NCBI RefSeq assembly: GCF_964204645.1
Contig: NC_134033.1
Location: 7,634,655 to 7,698,654 of the forward strand
Direction: 5' to 3'
DNA: 64,000 nucleotides
DNA from: Tubulanus polymorphus
Lineage: Eukaryota > Animalia > Nemertea
The notes under the pieces are model-generated. The model saw only the letters and a list, made by a program, of their open reading frames with translations, searched no databases and was not told the origin of the DNA. The position numbers were made by a program, and so were the translations under genes. This document shows positions 24,340-35,602 of the stretch, piece by piece (the stretch's first letter is position 1; each line of letters opens with the position of its first letter).

Positions 24340-25639
24340 ATGGGGTTTCCAAAAGCTTTTCAATATAATAAATCAATTAAATATAATATTCCTGCAATAG
24401 ATTTTTAAAAAAATATTACATATAAAAATGTGGTTTTAAATTCATTAACTAATTTAGAAATTTATGTTACTGAATCACAGTTTTTTATTTCTAAAATGGA
24501 AAATATATTTAATACATACGAAGTTACTTTTACTCGAGATGAATACCATATATATAAAGTAAAATCTAATATGAAATATTGGCAGAATCAATTAAATTTT
24601 GCTGTTTATTGTGCAACAACAGGATGTTGAATAAGTTGGAATGATCATTTAAATAACTTAGATAAAAATTTGAAGTATTCTGATTCAAAAGTAATTCACA
24701 CAATATTTAGATTTCACACATATTTTCAAATCAGAATAATATTAAATGAATTAGAATGTCCTTTACCCGGGTCTAAATATTTTAAAGAATTGGATAATAA
24801 TATTAATCTACCTAAGTTTTATAAAATATGTAATGAATTTAATATAAATATTAATTCCAACTTTAGAGCGCATGGTATATTGCAAGGTGTTGGTGAAGAG
24901 TATGTAATAAAAAGAATTGATTATATGCATAGAATTGGAGCTTATCATAATTATAAAATTGATAATTATAATGGTTGGGTTAATTTCATTTTAGAAAATG
25001 GTGAAGGTTTTACAAAATCAGGTATACAAAGAATAAATCAATCTATAAGAACTTATTTTATATATATTCTAGGTGCGCAAGTTGAAACAAGATCACCAAT
25101 AATTGGAAATGATAACACTTCATTCGATGCGCAGAAACAATTTAAAGTATTATTTGAAGATTCAATTCATAATGATAAAAATAGATCGATTCCAGAAAAC
25201 ATTGTAAGATATCAAAATTATTTAGATAAATCACATATTAGATTAGATTATTGTATAGGCCCTAATCTATTTATTATTCCTAATGATTTAGTATTAAAGA
25301 TGGGAAATATAATTGGTTACAATAATCTAATTAAAACTGCAACTAAATAAAAAGATTATTTCTGCTCCAAAATTAATGGAAGGTGAAAAAAATAAAAAAC
25401 ATATTCAATCAACAGAAACTAAAACTAAGAATATTAAATTAAAAAATGATTCTAAAATAAAAGATTACAATACATCAGAAAATATAAAAACTGATAATAG
25501 TGCCGTATGGCACCCACACGGTGATATTCAACATGAAATAATTAAACTAAATGATGAAAATAAATCCCATGAAAATACTAAATTAGCTATAACTTGTAAA
25601 GGAATTGTAATCGGAGGAATATTATATTTTAAATTTTAA
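24340..25639 (+). pseudogene. Conserved Polinton protein (YWQNQLNFAVxCATxGC) with C-terminal TM anchor, disrupted
   Basis: Fragments 24430, 24670 and 25376 align with the longer ORF 44040-45251. Confidence 0.75.
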
Positions 25640-25654
25640 TTTTTTATTATGTAA

Positions 25655-27133
25655 ATGGCAGAAGGTGGAGAAGATTATAAAATGGAAGGCATGGGAAAAA
25701 ATAATGAAGGATATATTGATGATGATTATAATGATGCAGAAACTAATATTGATGATGGTAATGAATCAGCATATAATTCTAATTTAGCAGACAGTGGTTC
25801 TAAAGGCCAATCAACAGATGAATTTGATAGAAGAACTAGATCGAGAATAAATCCTGAAAATGAAAATCCAGATTTAGTAAAACAAAATTTAGAATATAAT
25901 GAATATATTTATAATTTCAAACCTACATTTGAAAAATCTGGATATAATATAAATGCCAGAGGCGCCAGACTTTTAGTACAAGAATTAAAATCTTTAGATG
26001 GTGAATATTATTATCATTTGAAAGATGATTATTATATTGATATCACTTATAAAAATCAAAACAAAATATTAGCAGGATCAGCTTTGGAAAAATTAGAACC
26101 AGATAGAATTAAAAGAATAAGTTATAATAGTAATGAAATAGAAGATGTAACACGAGAAGAAATAAATCAAAATAGAAGAGTATTTAAACAAAGAATTAAT
26201 GATTTATTTGAAACAATCGATAATAATTTAGAAACAGAAACAACTTCTGAACAGAATATAACTTCCAAAACTAGTAAACCTAATTCAAAAGGAATTCCAA
26301 TTGAAAAACTTTTACCGAATGGATTACTTGATGCAACAGATCAACAATTAGAAGATTTAAATAATATACTTTCTGATAAAGCAATAAGAGAAATTATTAG
26401 TATAAGAAATGAAGCTGATAAAATTGCGCATGATAAAAGTATAAGAGATTTAAAAATTAGAACTTTAGAAGATGAATTATTTAAATCAGGAAAAGAATCG
26501 GAACAACTGAAATTAGATAGAGATAAGAAAGTTATTGAAGAAATTGAATTTAAAAAAAGAAATGCATATTTAGAAAAAGAAATTGATGATTTAGAATATA
26601 ACATTGGGCCGAGTATATGTTTTGGGCAATTACAAAAAGAAGAAATTAAATTATTGGTAAAATCATATGATTACAATATAAATAGATTAAAAGTTATTTT
26701 TAAAGATTTGTTGATGAAACCAGATTCTAAAATATCATTGAAAGATAGAATAAAATTATTATTTAAGTTAGAAGGAATAACAATTCTTTCAATTCTAACA
26801 GCTGTAACTATGTTATTTACAACAATTGGTTTAGCAATATCAAATGCTTTAAAATCTACTCCTACTCCAAATAAACCAGATAAACCCCCGAATGACAATA
26901 ATTCTATACAAGATAAAGTTAAGGATGGTTTAAAGAAATTAGCAAAATATTTATGGGAACTATCAAAGAAATCTGCTGCAGCATTGCCAGGAGTTATTGC
27001 ATCAATTGTTGGTTTTATATTGAAATCTGCAGGGAATATTATTAACTTTGCTGCTGAACATATTATTTTATTTTTAATTACAGTTGTAAGTGCTATTATT
27101 TTTGGGTTAGTAAACATGATAAAAAATAAATAA
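25655..27133 (+). CDS. Large coiled-coil protein with C-terminal multi-TM region
   Basis: Intact 492 aa: acidic N-terminus, coiled coil, then GITILSILTAVTMLFTTIGLAI...ALPGVIASIVGFIL...IILFLITVVSAIIFGLV. Confidence 0.85.
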   Translation: MAEGGEDYKMEGMGKNNEGYIDDDYNDAETNIDDGNESAYNSNLADSGSKGQSTDEFDRRTRSRINPENENPDLVKQNLEYNEYIYNFKPTFEKSGYNINARGARLLVQELKSLDGEYYYHLKDDYYIDITYKNQNKILAGSALEKLEPDRIKRISYNSNEIEDVTREEINQNRRVFKQRINDLFETIDNNLETETTSEQNITSKTSKPNSKGIPIEKLLPNGLLDATDQQLEDLNNILSDKAIREIISIRNEADKIAHDKSIRDLKIRTLEDELFKSGKESEQLKLDRDKKVIEEIEFKKRNAYLEKEIDDLEYNIGPSICFGQLQKEEIKLLVKSYDYNINRLKVIFKDLLMKPDSKISLKDRIKLLFKLEGITILSILTAVTMLFTTIGLAISNALKSTPTPNKPDKPPNDNNSIQDKVKDGLKKLAKYLWELSKKSAAALPGVIASIVGFILKSAGNIINFAAEHIILFLITVVSAIIFGLVNMIKNK

Positions 27134-27153
27134 TTAATTTTGTTGTTAAATAA

Positions 27154-28376
27154 ATGAGTGTAAGTTATATCAATCCTTCTAAGAATCATAGAATATCTAA
27201 TGCTATTAAAGCAGAAAGATCACATCATATAATTACTCATAACCCTTCTAATATTAATCCCGATGAAACTTTATATGTTAGAATTCCTCGATTAACACAA
27301 AATACTTTTTACGTTCCAAATAGTATTTATTTATCTGCCGATATAAAAGTAATCGGTAATAATAATAATTATGTTGTTGATAATGTTGGAAGATGTTTGA
27401 TCAAAAAATTAACTATAAAGATTGGTCCAGAAACAGTTTTCTCATTAGATGATTATAATTTATTTATGCATTATAAAGATTTATGGTTAACTAAAGAAAT
27501 AATATGATATTTCAAGGAATCCAATCAGAAAACCAAAATAAATTAAGATCAGAAGCTAATAGCGCAATATTAACTAATGCTGTAGATAAATTGATAAAAA
27601 GTATATATGGAAGCAAATATAAAATTCCATTAGACTTTGAATTGATAAATAATAATGCACCTTTATATAAATACGCAATTCAAGAAGACGTTATATTCGA
27701 AATAACATTTGCTCCTGTAAATGAAATTGTAATATCTAGCGTTAATAAAGATATGAGTTATAAATTATCGAATATATGTTTAGAATATGACACAGTAACT
27801 GATGAAAATATTTCAAGTATAATTCAAACTAAATACAATCAAGGATTTTCATTATTATATGATTATATTGATAAATTTAAAACTGTAACTATTAATGCAA
27901 ATGATGAAATTATTAATGAGAATATTAACTTCCCAAGAAGATCTATTAAAGGTATATCAATATTTTTTACCATTGCAACATATACTGATAATTATTATAA
28001 TCCTGAAATAACAAAAGTAGAAATAACTATCGAAGGAATAGCAAATAAAATATTTTGTCAAGGAATGAGAATGATAGATCAATGGCCAGACATTAGAATA
28101 CATTTTATGAATGAAAAAGTAAAATCATCTGAAAATTGTAACATTAATCAAATTGATTATTATACCGGTAATAAATATGCATTATGGTTAGATTTTAGAA
28201 CAACAGAGGATAATTCATTACACGGTTCTGGAAAAAAATTACAAAATACAAAAGATGGAATACAATTATTCATGACAAAGAATAAAGGAATCAAAAATTT
28301 TAAAATGCACATTCATATTATATCTGACGCGCAATTAAATATTGTAAATTCTCAATTAAATAGTGTTATGCATTAA
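27154..28376 (+). pseudogene. Major capsid protein (double jelly-roll), Polinton A, one frameshift
   Basis: ORFs 27154 and 27504 are joined across a 7-nt deletion relative to B. About 410 aa, beta-rich, with NPSNINPDETLYVRIP and KYALWLDFRTTEDNSLHGSG. Position and size fit MCP. Confidence 0.75.
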
Positions 28377-28408
28377 AATTTTAACTTTAATAAAAATTTA
28401 TATAATAA

Positions 28409-29281
28409 ATGGAAGGAGGTAAAGTATATAAACATATTCCATACATCGATACACTTGAAAATAATGATGGTTTATATTATGTAATACCTTGTAATATAGC
28501 TTTGATATTTGATCCTATTTTCAAAATTTATAAAACTAAACTAATAGAAATCGATAATAATGAAAGTGAAGTTGTTGATAATTTAAGTAATGTAATTGAT
28601 AATAATGTAATACCTTCTACATCTAATAATGTAATACCTACTACATCTAATAATGTAATACCTACTACATCTAATAATGTAATACCTTCTACATCTAATA
28701 ATGAAATAATATCAAATGTTAGTGAAAATAGAAATTATTGTGGATATTGTAAAAGTGAATTTTCAAACGCTAGATCAAATTGGAATAAACATATGAATAC
28801 AAGGGTACATATTACTAATGTTATAGATCGTGTTGGTAAAAAAGAATTTATAGAACACCCATTTATATATGTTACAAAGTTTGTTTCAAATCAAAAAGTA
28901 AATGGTAAAGAATTATATGAAGATTTATTATTAGCGACACCTAATAAAGATGAATTAGATTTAACCGATGCTATTAAATTAGAATCAAACATTGTAAATG
29001 AAATATTAGGAGCAAACACTAATAAAGATAATAATGAAAATGGTGCCGTATGGCACCCACATGGTGATATAGTTACAGGAGAGCGCATTGATAATAAAGA
29101 TTCTATGAAACTTAAATCAGAAAATAAAGATATAGTTGAGATGACTAATAAGTATATCAATAAACCAATTATTTATGAAGATTCGGTAGAGCATTTGAAT
29201 AAATTGTTAGGGTCTGATGATGAATTGGAGAGTGATTCAGAAAGTGATTCAGAAAGTAATTATCTAACACTCAAAAAGTAA
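28409..29281 (+). CDS. Hypothetical protein with C2H2-like zinc finger, NNVIP(S/T)TS repeats and acidic tail
   Basis: 290 aa; CGYC...WNKHMNTRVH; 21-bp tandem repeat at ~28600-28700. Confidence 0.75.
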   Translation: MEGGKVYKHIPYIDTLENNDGLYYVIPCNIALIFDPIFKIYKTKLIEIDNNESEVVDNLSNVIDNNVIPSTSNNVIPTTSNNVIPTTSNNVIPSTSNNEIISNVSENRNYCGYCKSEFSNARSNWNKHMNTRVHITNVIDRVGKKEFIEHPFIYVTKFVSNQKVNGKELYEDLLLATPNKDELDLTDAIKLESNIVNEILGANTNKDNNENGAVWHPHGDIVTGERIDNKDSMKLKSENKDIVEMTNKYINKPIIYEDSVEHLNKLLGSDDELESDSESDSESNYLTLKK

Positions 29282-29286
29282 TAAAG

Positions 29287-29655
29287 GTTGAAAATTGTAT
29301 AAAATAATAGTAAATAAAAAAGGGGGTTTTAAGTATTAAGGTATCTAATACGTATTTAATACATATCTAAAACATATCTAATACGTATCTAATACGTATT
29401 TAATACTTATTATTTGAAAATACCTTAAATTATATTTCTTTTTTAAATTTATATTGAAACCTCAGTAATAATAAATAACCTTTACTATTTTCAAACTTAT
29501 TCATATATTAGTTGAAAAAAATAAAAATAAATTGGTTGAAAATTGTATAAATAATATTTATTTTAAAAAAGGGGGTTTTAAGTATTTAAGGTATCTAATA
29601 GGGTATCAGGTATTAGGGTATCTAATAGGGTATCAGGTATTAGGGTATCTAATAC
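29287..29655. repeat. Duplicated ~65-bp block plus short gtatctaata repeats between convergent gene blocks
   Basis: ggttgaaaattgtata...aaaaaagggggg?ttttaagtatt.aggtatctaata at ~29287 and ~29533. Confidence 0.7.
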
Positions 29656-29671
29656 ATAGGTATACAAATAG

Positions 29672-30278
29672 TTATTTTATAAATTTATATTCATAGGGAA
29701 ATTGTAATCTCAGTAATAATTTTGAACCTTTATTATTCTTTAATTTATTCATATATTCATCATGTAATTCAGTAGGTATAATTTGATTTTCTTCCAATGA
29801 TTGTTGCATAGATTTTCTATCTTTATTGTAGAATAAAACTAGAAATCTTATATTCTCCCTAAAGTCTTTAACAATTGAATTATATTTTTGATTTAAAACC
29901 CATGTTGTTATCCCGAAAAGTCTCCCAGAGAAAGCTAAATAACTCACTTTCTCTCACTTTTGAATCATGTAAATTAGCGCAATCATCTATAATGAATAAT
30001 GTATTTGATCCTTTATAAGTATCAATTGCTATTCTAATACAATTATCTAAATTTTCTTTTACTGTTTTAGGATCTAATATAATAAAATTTTTCATCTTAA
30101 CTATATCTCTATTATATGTTTTATTCATTTCATATGTAGGACAGAATAATATTATATTATCAAAATGATTCTTATAAATAGTTTCTAACAAATCTAATAT
30201 GAAATGTGTTTTACCACAATTGGTTACTCCAGTAACTAACATATTATGCGGTTCAAATATAAATAAATCTTTATTCAT
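29672..30278 (-). pseudogene. A32/FtsK-like packaging ATPase, Polinton A, one frameshift
   Basis: Walker A GVTNCGKT, Walker B LFIIDD, SGR(L/H)FGITTWVLNQ; ORFs 29880 and 29672. Confidence 0.9.
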
Positions 30279-31380
30279 TTATTCTTTAAATTTTACTAGA
30301 TAAAATCCATTCATTAAATTTATCATCATATCCTTTATATTTAACCAAAGAATACTTTTTTCCTTTAAGAGTTTTTGTTTTCAATACTTTTTCTATTTTG
30401 TATTCTATTTCATCTAGATTTGGTACAAGTGATAATTCTTGTTTATAGAAATAACCTAATATTTCTTCATCTTTTAAATCTTCTAATTTATTAAAAAAAT
30501 GGTTTAGTTAATATTATCTTTTTAATCTTGAAAATTTCTTCTGTAAAATTTGGAGTATAACCTTTATAAAATGTTTTTCTATATTTAGATATTCTAACGT
30601 GTTGTCCTATTTTAAATTTAGGTTCACCGAAATCATGTGTAACAAATGCTCCATATAAATTATTCCAAACTATTTCCGAATTATCTTCTTTTCTAGCTTG
30701 TATAGGTTTCATATTTATAGAACTATGTTTAGAATTATTATAACCTTTCACCAAATCATCTAACACATCGATATATTTATATGTTTCATTAGCAGTAAAA
30801 TATTTCCACATTCTAGATTTCAATGTTTTATTAAATATTTCTATAATAGATGCTTTTTTATCTGAGTGTGTTGAAAAATAATCTACATCATTATCAGATA
30901 ATAGTTTTTTAAAATGTTTGTTATAAAATTCCTTACCTTCATCAAATATTACCTATATCAAAATTGTATCTTATCTGGAATAGCTTCTTTACATATTGAT
31001 TTAAAAGCATTTGTTACTTCTATTCCAGTTTTATTTTTGATTGGAATTGACCATGCGTATCTACTGAATATGTCTATAACATTCAATATCCAGAAATATC
31101 CTTTGTTGTATTCTTCTAAGTTCTTCATGTCAATTAAATCTGCTTGCCATTGTTGATCGATATATGAAACCATAACTTTTCTTGTTAAATAAGTTTTATC
31201 CATTTTCTTGTGGATTTGATATGTTGGTTGATTTTGTAACCATGATTTTAATTCACTATATTTTATATCACCATTTTCATTATCAGATTTAATTTTATTC
31301 CATAATTCTGAAACGTTAGAATATGATACTTCACTTTCTGGGTTATAATATAAATCTCTTAAATATTGTTCTTTTTTCAT
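30279..31380 (-). pseudogene. int: Retroviral-type (rve) integrase with chromodomain, Polinton A, frameshifted
   Basis: WQADLIDM, VIDIFSRYAW, IQF(DEGKEF), RMWKYFTAN, HSSINMKP, FKIGQHVRISK; the tail encodes YSLVKYKGYDDKFNEWI. Confidence 0.92.
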
Positions 31381-31386
31381 CTTCTT

Positions 31387-31746
31387 TTAATCCATTAATA
31401 ATAATGTACATTTAGTTTGAATGACTTTATGATTTGACTTATTTTCTGGTATGATAGGTTTATTGTCATTGGAATCATCTTTATCATCAGATTTGAATTT
31501 TGATTTATATATTACACCAGAGAATATAATAACTGTTACTAATCCAATTGTAATATATAATTTATAATTACTTCCAGCATTAGAAGAATCAGATGGATTA
31601 TTATTTGAATCAATATCAGGTGATTCATTTATATCAGTTAATTTCTTTTTCTTAGCTTTTTTTAATTCTGAAGATCTTTTACCTAATTCTCTTGCCCATT
31701 TAATTTGTTTCTCGGATCTAGCCATTTTCTTAACTCCATCACTCAT
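31387..31746 (-). CDS. Basic N-terminus, single-TM hypothetical protein
   Basis: 119 aa; RSEKQIKWARELGK...LYITIGLVTVIIFSGVIY; TAAATG start. Confidence 0.75.
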   Translation of the reverse strand: MSDGVKKMARSEKQIKWARELGKRSSELKKAKKKKLTDINESPDIDSNNNPSDSSNAGSNYKLYITIGLVTVIIFSGVIYKSKFKSDDKDDSNDNKPIIPENKSNHKVIQTKCTLLLMD

Positions 31747-31756
31747 TTATCTTATT

Positions 31757-32341
31757 TTATTTTTGTTCTGATTCATTTTCTGTTTCGCTGTTTGGTTGTA
31801 GTACATCTGTTTCGTTCTTACCTGATTTATATTCCATAGGCTTGATGTTCGAAAAAGTTATGACGCCAGTAGAAATTAATGTCATAACCGATCCTAATTG
31901 AAATGAAGCATAACCAACCCATTTTTGTAATTCAGTCATAACTAAATAGTCATTTTTCAAATCACTATATAATTTATTTTCATCATCAATTGGTATTAAC
32001 TGGTTACATAACTTAGAATAACATTTGACAATACCATCTGAAATAGAATCATTTATTCTAGCTAATCTTGCCTCTTCATAAATCTTAAAATATTTTATTA
32101 CTTTATCTGGTTTCATAGAGTCTAGTTCTTGAAAAGTAATGATTCTATTTAAAAACTCCTTAGTTTTTCCACCGGCAATCAATAGTTCTAGATGATGCTT
32201 ACAATATAAATAGTATTCATAATCTATATTACAATTAACTTGAGCATAATTAGTTACAACTGTATCTTTATTATCACTTATACCCAAATCATCTAATGTT
32301 TTTTCAATATCAATACTATTCTTATTAGATTTCTTTGACAT
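31757..32341 (-). CDS. Hypothetical Polinton protein
   Basis: Intact 194-aa ORF with a TAAATG start and a hydrophobic segment near the C-terminus. Confidence 0.75.
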   Translation of the reverse strand: MSKKSNKNSIDIEKTLDDLGISDNKDTVVTNYAQVNCNIDYEYYLYCKHHLELLIAGGKTKEFLNRIITFQELDSMKPDKVIKYFKIYEEARLARINDSISDGIVKCYSKLCNQLIPIDDENKLYSDLKNDYLVMTELQKWVGYASFQLGSVMTLISTGVITFSNIKPMEYKSGKNETDVLQPNSETENESEQK

Positions 32342-32653
32342 TTATATTAGAGAAAAAAAGCAAAAAATATTATAAGTATTCTTACTATGATACTTCGTAT
32401 GATACTAGCTAGTTAAAGCTAAAGAATTCTAGTATTGACTACTGATACTAGCTATTTGAATTTAAAGAATTTCTATTTGAATCTATTCAAAATATAAAGT
32501 ATTCTTTGTTGAAAAAAAAATATTAAAAATATAATAGAATTCACTAGCTAGTTGAAGTTATTGTTTTTTTATTATATTTTATTTAAATTCTATTTGATAT
32601 CTCACTACTATTGTCTATCTATTAGGAGCAGTAATTATAACTGTCCAGATAAG

Positions 32654-33323
32654 TCATTTCGGATCCTTGATATCAAATTCCTCAACGTATTGTTCATTAT
32701 TTGGATCATTGTTCCATTGATCAATAAATTTCTTTGCCTTTGTTAACTGTTCTAAATATAACTGTAAATCTAGTTTATTAGATTTGATTTGATTTTCTTT
32801 CTTTTCTAAAGGCCTTAAATTTTTCCAACCCCAAATAAGTTTTTTTATTGTATTCATCATTCATGTTAAATTTAGATATTGGTAACACGTGATCAATATG
32901 GTAATAATCCCCATAATTATCTATATTCATTTTATCATCGAATTGATATATTATCCATGATTTGAAAAATTCATCTGAACAACCCAATAAATTAGATAGT
33001 GTTTCTGAATGCGTTTCTTTGTTGAATAATTGTGTTAATCTAGATTGTTTCAATCTAAAATTAAGATCTGTTTGATATCTTTCTCTCATATATTCTGTCA
33101 TATAATCATTATAAGCTTCTCTATTATCTTCTCGATATTGTTTGGTATATAGTTTAAAACAAGTTTTACAACAATATTGAAAACCATCTTTGCTAATCTT
33201 ACGCTTACTAAATTCTGTTAAAGCTAATTTATCTAATTCACATTTAGAACACTACTTGTAATATATATTTATAACACCAGTGTTATTTGTAATATTGATA
33301 GTTTGTGGTTGTTCTGGTTCCAT
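32654..33323 (-). pseudogene. HNH endonuclease with N-terminal CxxC..CxxC zinc ribbon, disrupted
   Basis: From ATG 33323: CSKC...KDGFQYCCKTC...LLGCSDEFFKSWI...NYGDYYHIDHVLPISKF...WKNLRPL...ENQIKSNK. One in-frame stop and one frameshift. Confidence 0.8.
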
Positions 33324-33454
33324 TTATTATACGTATTTTTTACTAAATTGGTTAATATTTTAGAATCCTCTTCCATTTCTTCGACCAACGTCATCCTTTT
33401 TCATTCCTCGCTGCTTTTGATAAATTGTTTCGATTCCTTGATATCTAAATAATA

Positions 33455-33770
33455 CCACTGGGCAAAAGCGCGCATTCATGCGCGGTTTTGCTCAATGCGC
33501 ATGCGTTAATCATAATTATATATTCATTATGTAAATTCTGTAAAATAGAAACAACCGACATGAAATATCTAAACGTGTTCGCATTAGGCAAAACCGCGCA
33601 TTCATGCGCGGTTTTGTTCAATGCGCATGCGTTAATCATAATTATATATTCATTATGTAAATAGAAACAACCGACATGAAATATCTAAATCATACCACTG
33701 AGCAAAACCGCGCATTCGTGCGCGGTTTTGCTCAATGCGCATGCGCTAATCCTAATTATATATTCATTCT
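33455..33770. repeat. Three tandem ~120-bp units, each with a GC-rich hairpin
   Basis: Example: tgagcaaaaccgcgca-ttcg-tgcgcggttttgctca (33699-33734, 16-bp stem) followed by the palindrome gcgcatgcgc. Confidence 0.85.
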
Positions 33771-34522
33771 GAATAGAAACGACCGAACATAAAAATTCGC
33801 CAATCAGATTTACACAATACATTATACAAGTTGTTCGGCCGTTTCTTCCAATACATCATTTGATTTCTATAAATACAATTTATAATTACAAACATTTTTT
33901 CAATTGCTGGTAAATATTTAAATACATCAACAAATGTTAAACTTAATCATTGGAGTCTTAATGTTTTTGAAATTCTTATATAGTTTCTTCGTCGATCTTT
34001 TGGCGATTCTTGTGTTTCTTGTGCTAATTTCTATTGGTTCGATATCCCCATTGCTGTTGATTCCTCAGTCAGAAAGAGTATCTTGAGTTTCTCTATCACT
34101 TCTTGATGCGTATGGCGTTTTATTAATCTAAAAGATATAAGCGGCAACTCTAGCCATCTAAAAGATATACTAAATACACTTAAATATATCTAAAGGTTTC
34201 ATATTTAATAGCCCTAATAACTACAAAAAACAGTACTTACATTTAGATTTAGAATTGTAAACTATAAACTCCTAATTTCGTTTCGAGAGATAGAATATCC
34301 TGAGCGTAATGTTACAGCGCCTGTTCATTTCTTGCCACGTCATCTGGTTCCGGTTCTAGAGTGTTCTACACGTTTGTAATATTATGACTCATATGTCTCG
34401 GCGTCATAGTAACAGCTGTAACAGCTGTGAATTTATAGATTTATTCAATAGTTCATTACATGAAATGTATATAGGCTCAAATAGAATCATGTTCTAGTAT
34501 AAACAGCTATGCATTATTTCAA

Positions 34523-35071
34523 TCACACTTTACTAACACTTTTAATGTTTAAAAATCTAACTCACACAAATATGAATATTGAAATAATGTTGTAAATATA
34601 TACTTTTATATTGAATAATCTGTCAATTTAAATGTTATTCATTTACATGAATATTTTAAGAGTAATAGGGGTAATGGGCTTTCAGGTTAAAGGTTGAATG
34701 GTCGAGTTCATTAAAAAACAAATATTAAAAGTAATTTAAAACTATAATATATTTTCATAACCGTGTGTATTTCAGTTGAATAATAGAATAATTATTATTA
34801 TTTGAATATATTTGATTATATGAATTTGTGTATTGTAAATAAATCAATTGGTCGCGGAGCGGAGCGGTAGCGAAGTGGAGCGACCAATTGATTTATTACA
34901 ATATGCTTTTAAAATTTAAATTATCAATATCTTAGAATAAATATTTAGTTATAATATAAAATACACACGGTTATGAAAATATATTATAGTTTTAAATTAC
35001 TTTTAATGTTTTGTTTTTTAATGAGCTCGACCCTTCGACCTTTGGCCTGAAAGCCCATTACCCCTATTACT
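34523..35071 (-). repeat. Right TIR of Polinton A (internal palindrome 34661-35071)
   Basis: Reverse complement of 17281-17829. Confidence 0.95.
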
Positions 35072-35077
35072 GATCAT

Positions 35078-35466
35078 GTATCATTAAGACGTCAAACGGT
35101 ACTACCAGTAGACCGATATCTCGCCTATGTCCACTTGAGATATATGTAGAGGAAACAATGAAGTCGGTAGATGTAGAAAGCATCAAGCGACCCGAGCGCT
35201 CTGCTGCGTCAGTCGCTAAATGTAAAATCAAGACTTTGTTTGATAATAAGAAATAATTGTTTTATATGATGATGTTGTCGTTGTGGCGGAGTGTCACGAC
35301 TCGCGTGATAATGTTTACAGAAATCTTTATGGCGGGAGAAATATATATGTAAATTGTCACATGATATGTCACATGCGTTTGAGTCTTTTGTGACCTAACA
35401 GTCTATACAGAAATAAATCAGTTTCCCTCCAGAATTTACAGAGTTAACTTAACTTCTTTCGTATGT
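35078..35466 (+). pseudogene. BEL/Pao integrase tail, 3' half, then purine tract and start of the 3' LTR
   Basis: Continues CIIKTSNGTTSRPISRLCPLEI...KRPERSAASVAKCKIK...* (stop at 35256). Then ggcggag and TGTCACG at 35292, with AATAAA at ~35412. The LTR end is uncertain. Confidence 0.75.
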
Positions 35467-35602
35467 CCTAGTACAGTGAGGATACTCGACCATGGGGGCA
35501 ATTAAGTTGCAAACCACAGTAATTGGAAAAGTGGGCTTTCAGATCAGAGGTCGTGCGGTCGAGACACCACTCATCACCACAAGTAATTTTTTTTCCTAAT
35601 AA

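Larger units (their letters stand above)
17281..35071 (+). mobile_element. Polinton/Maverick element A, full length (17.8 kb), decayed
   Basis: Termini AGTAATAGGGG...CCCCTATTACT, 549-bp TIRs and a 6-bp TSD GATCAT (17275-17280 / 35072-35077). Encodes pPolB, rve integrase, A32-like ATPase and capsid genes. Confidence 0.97.
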
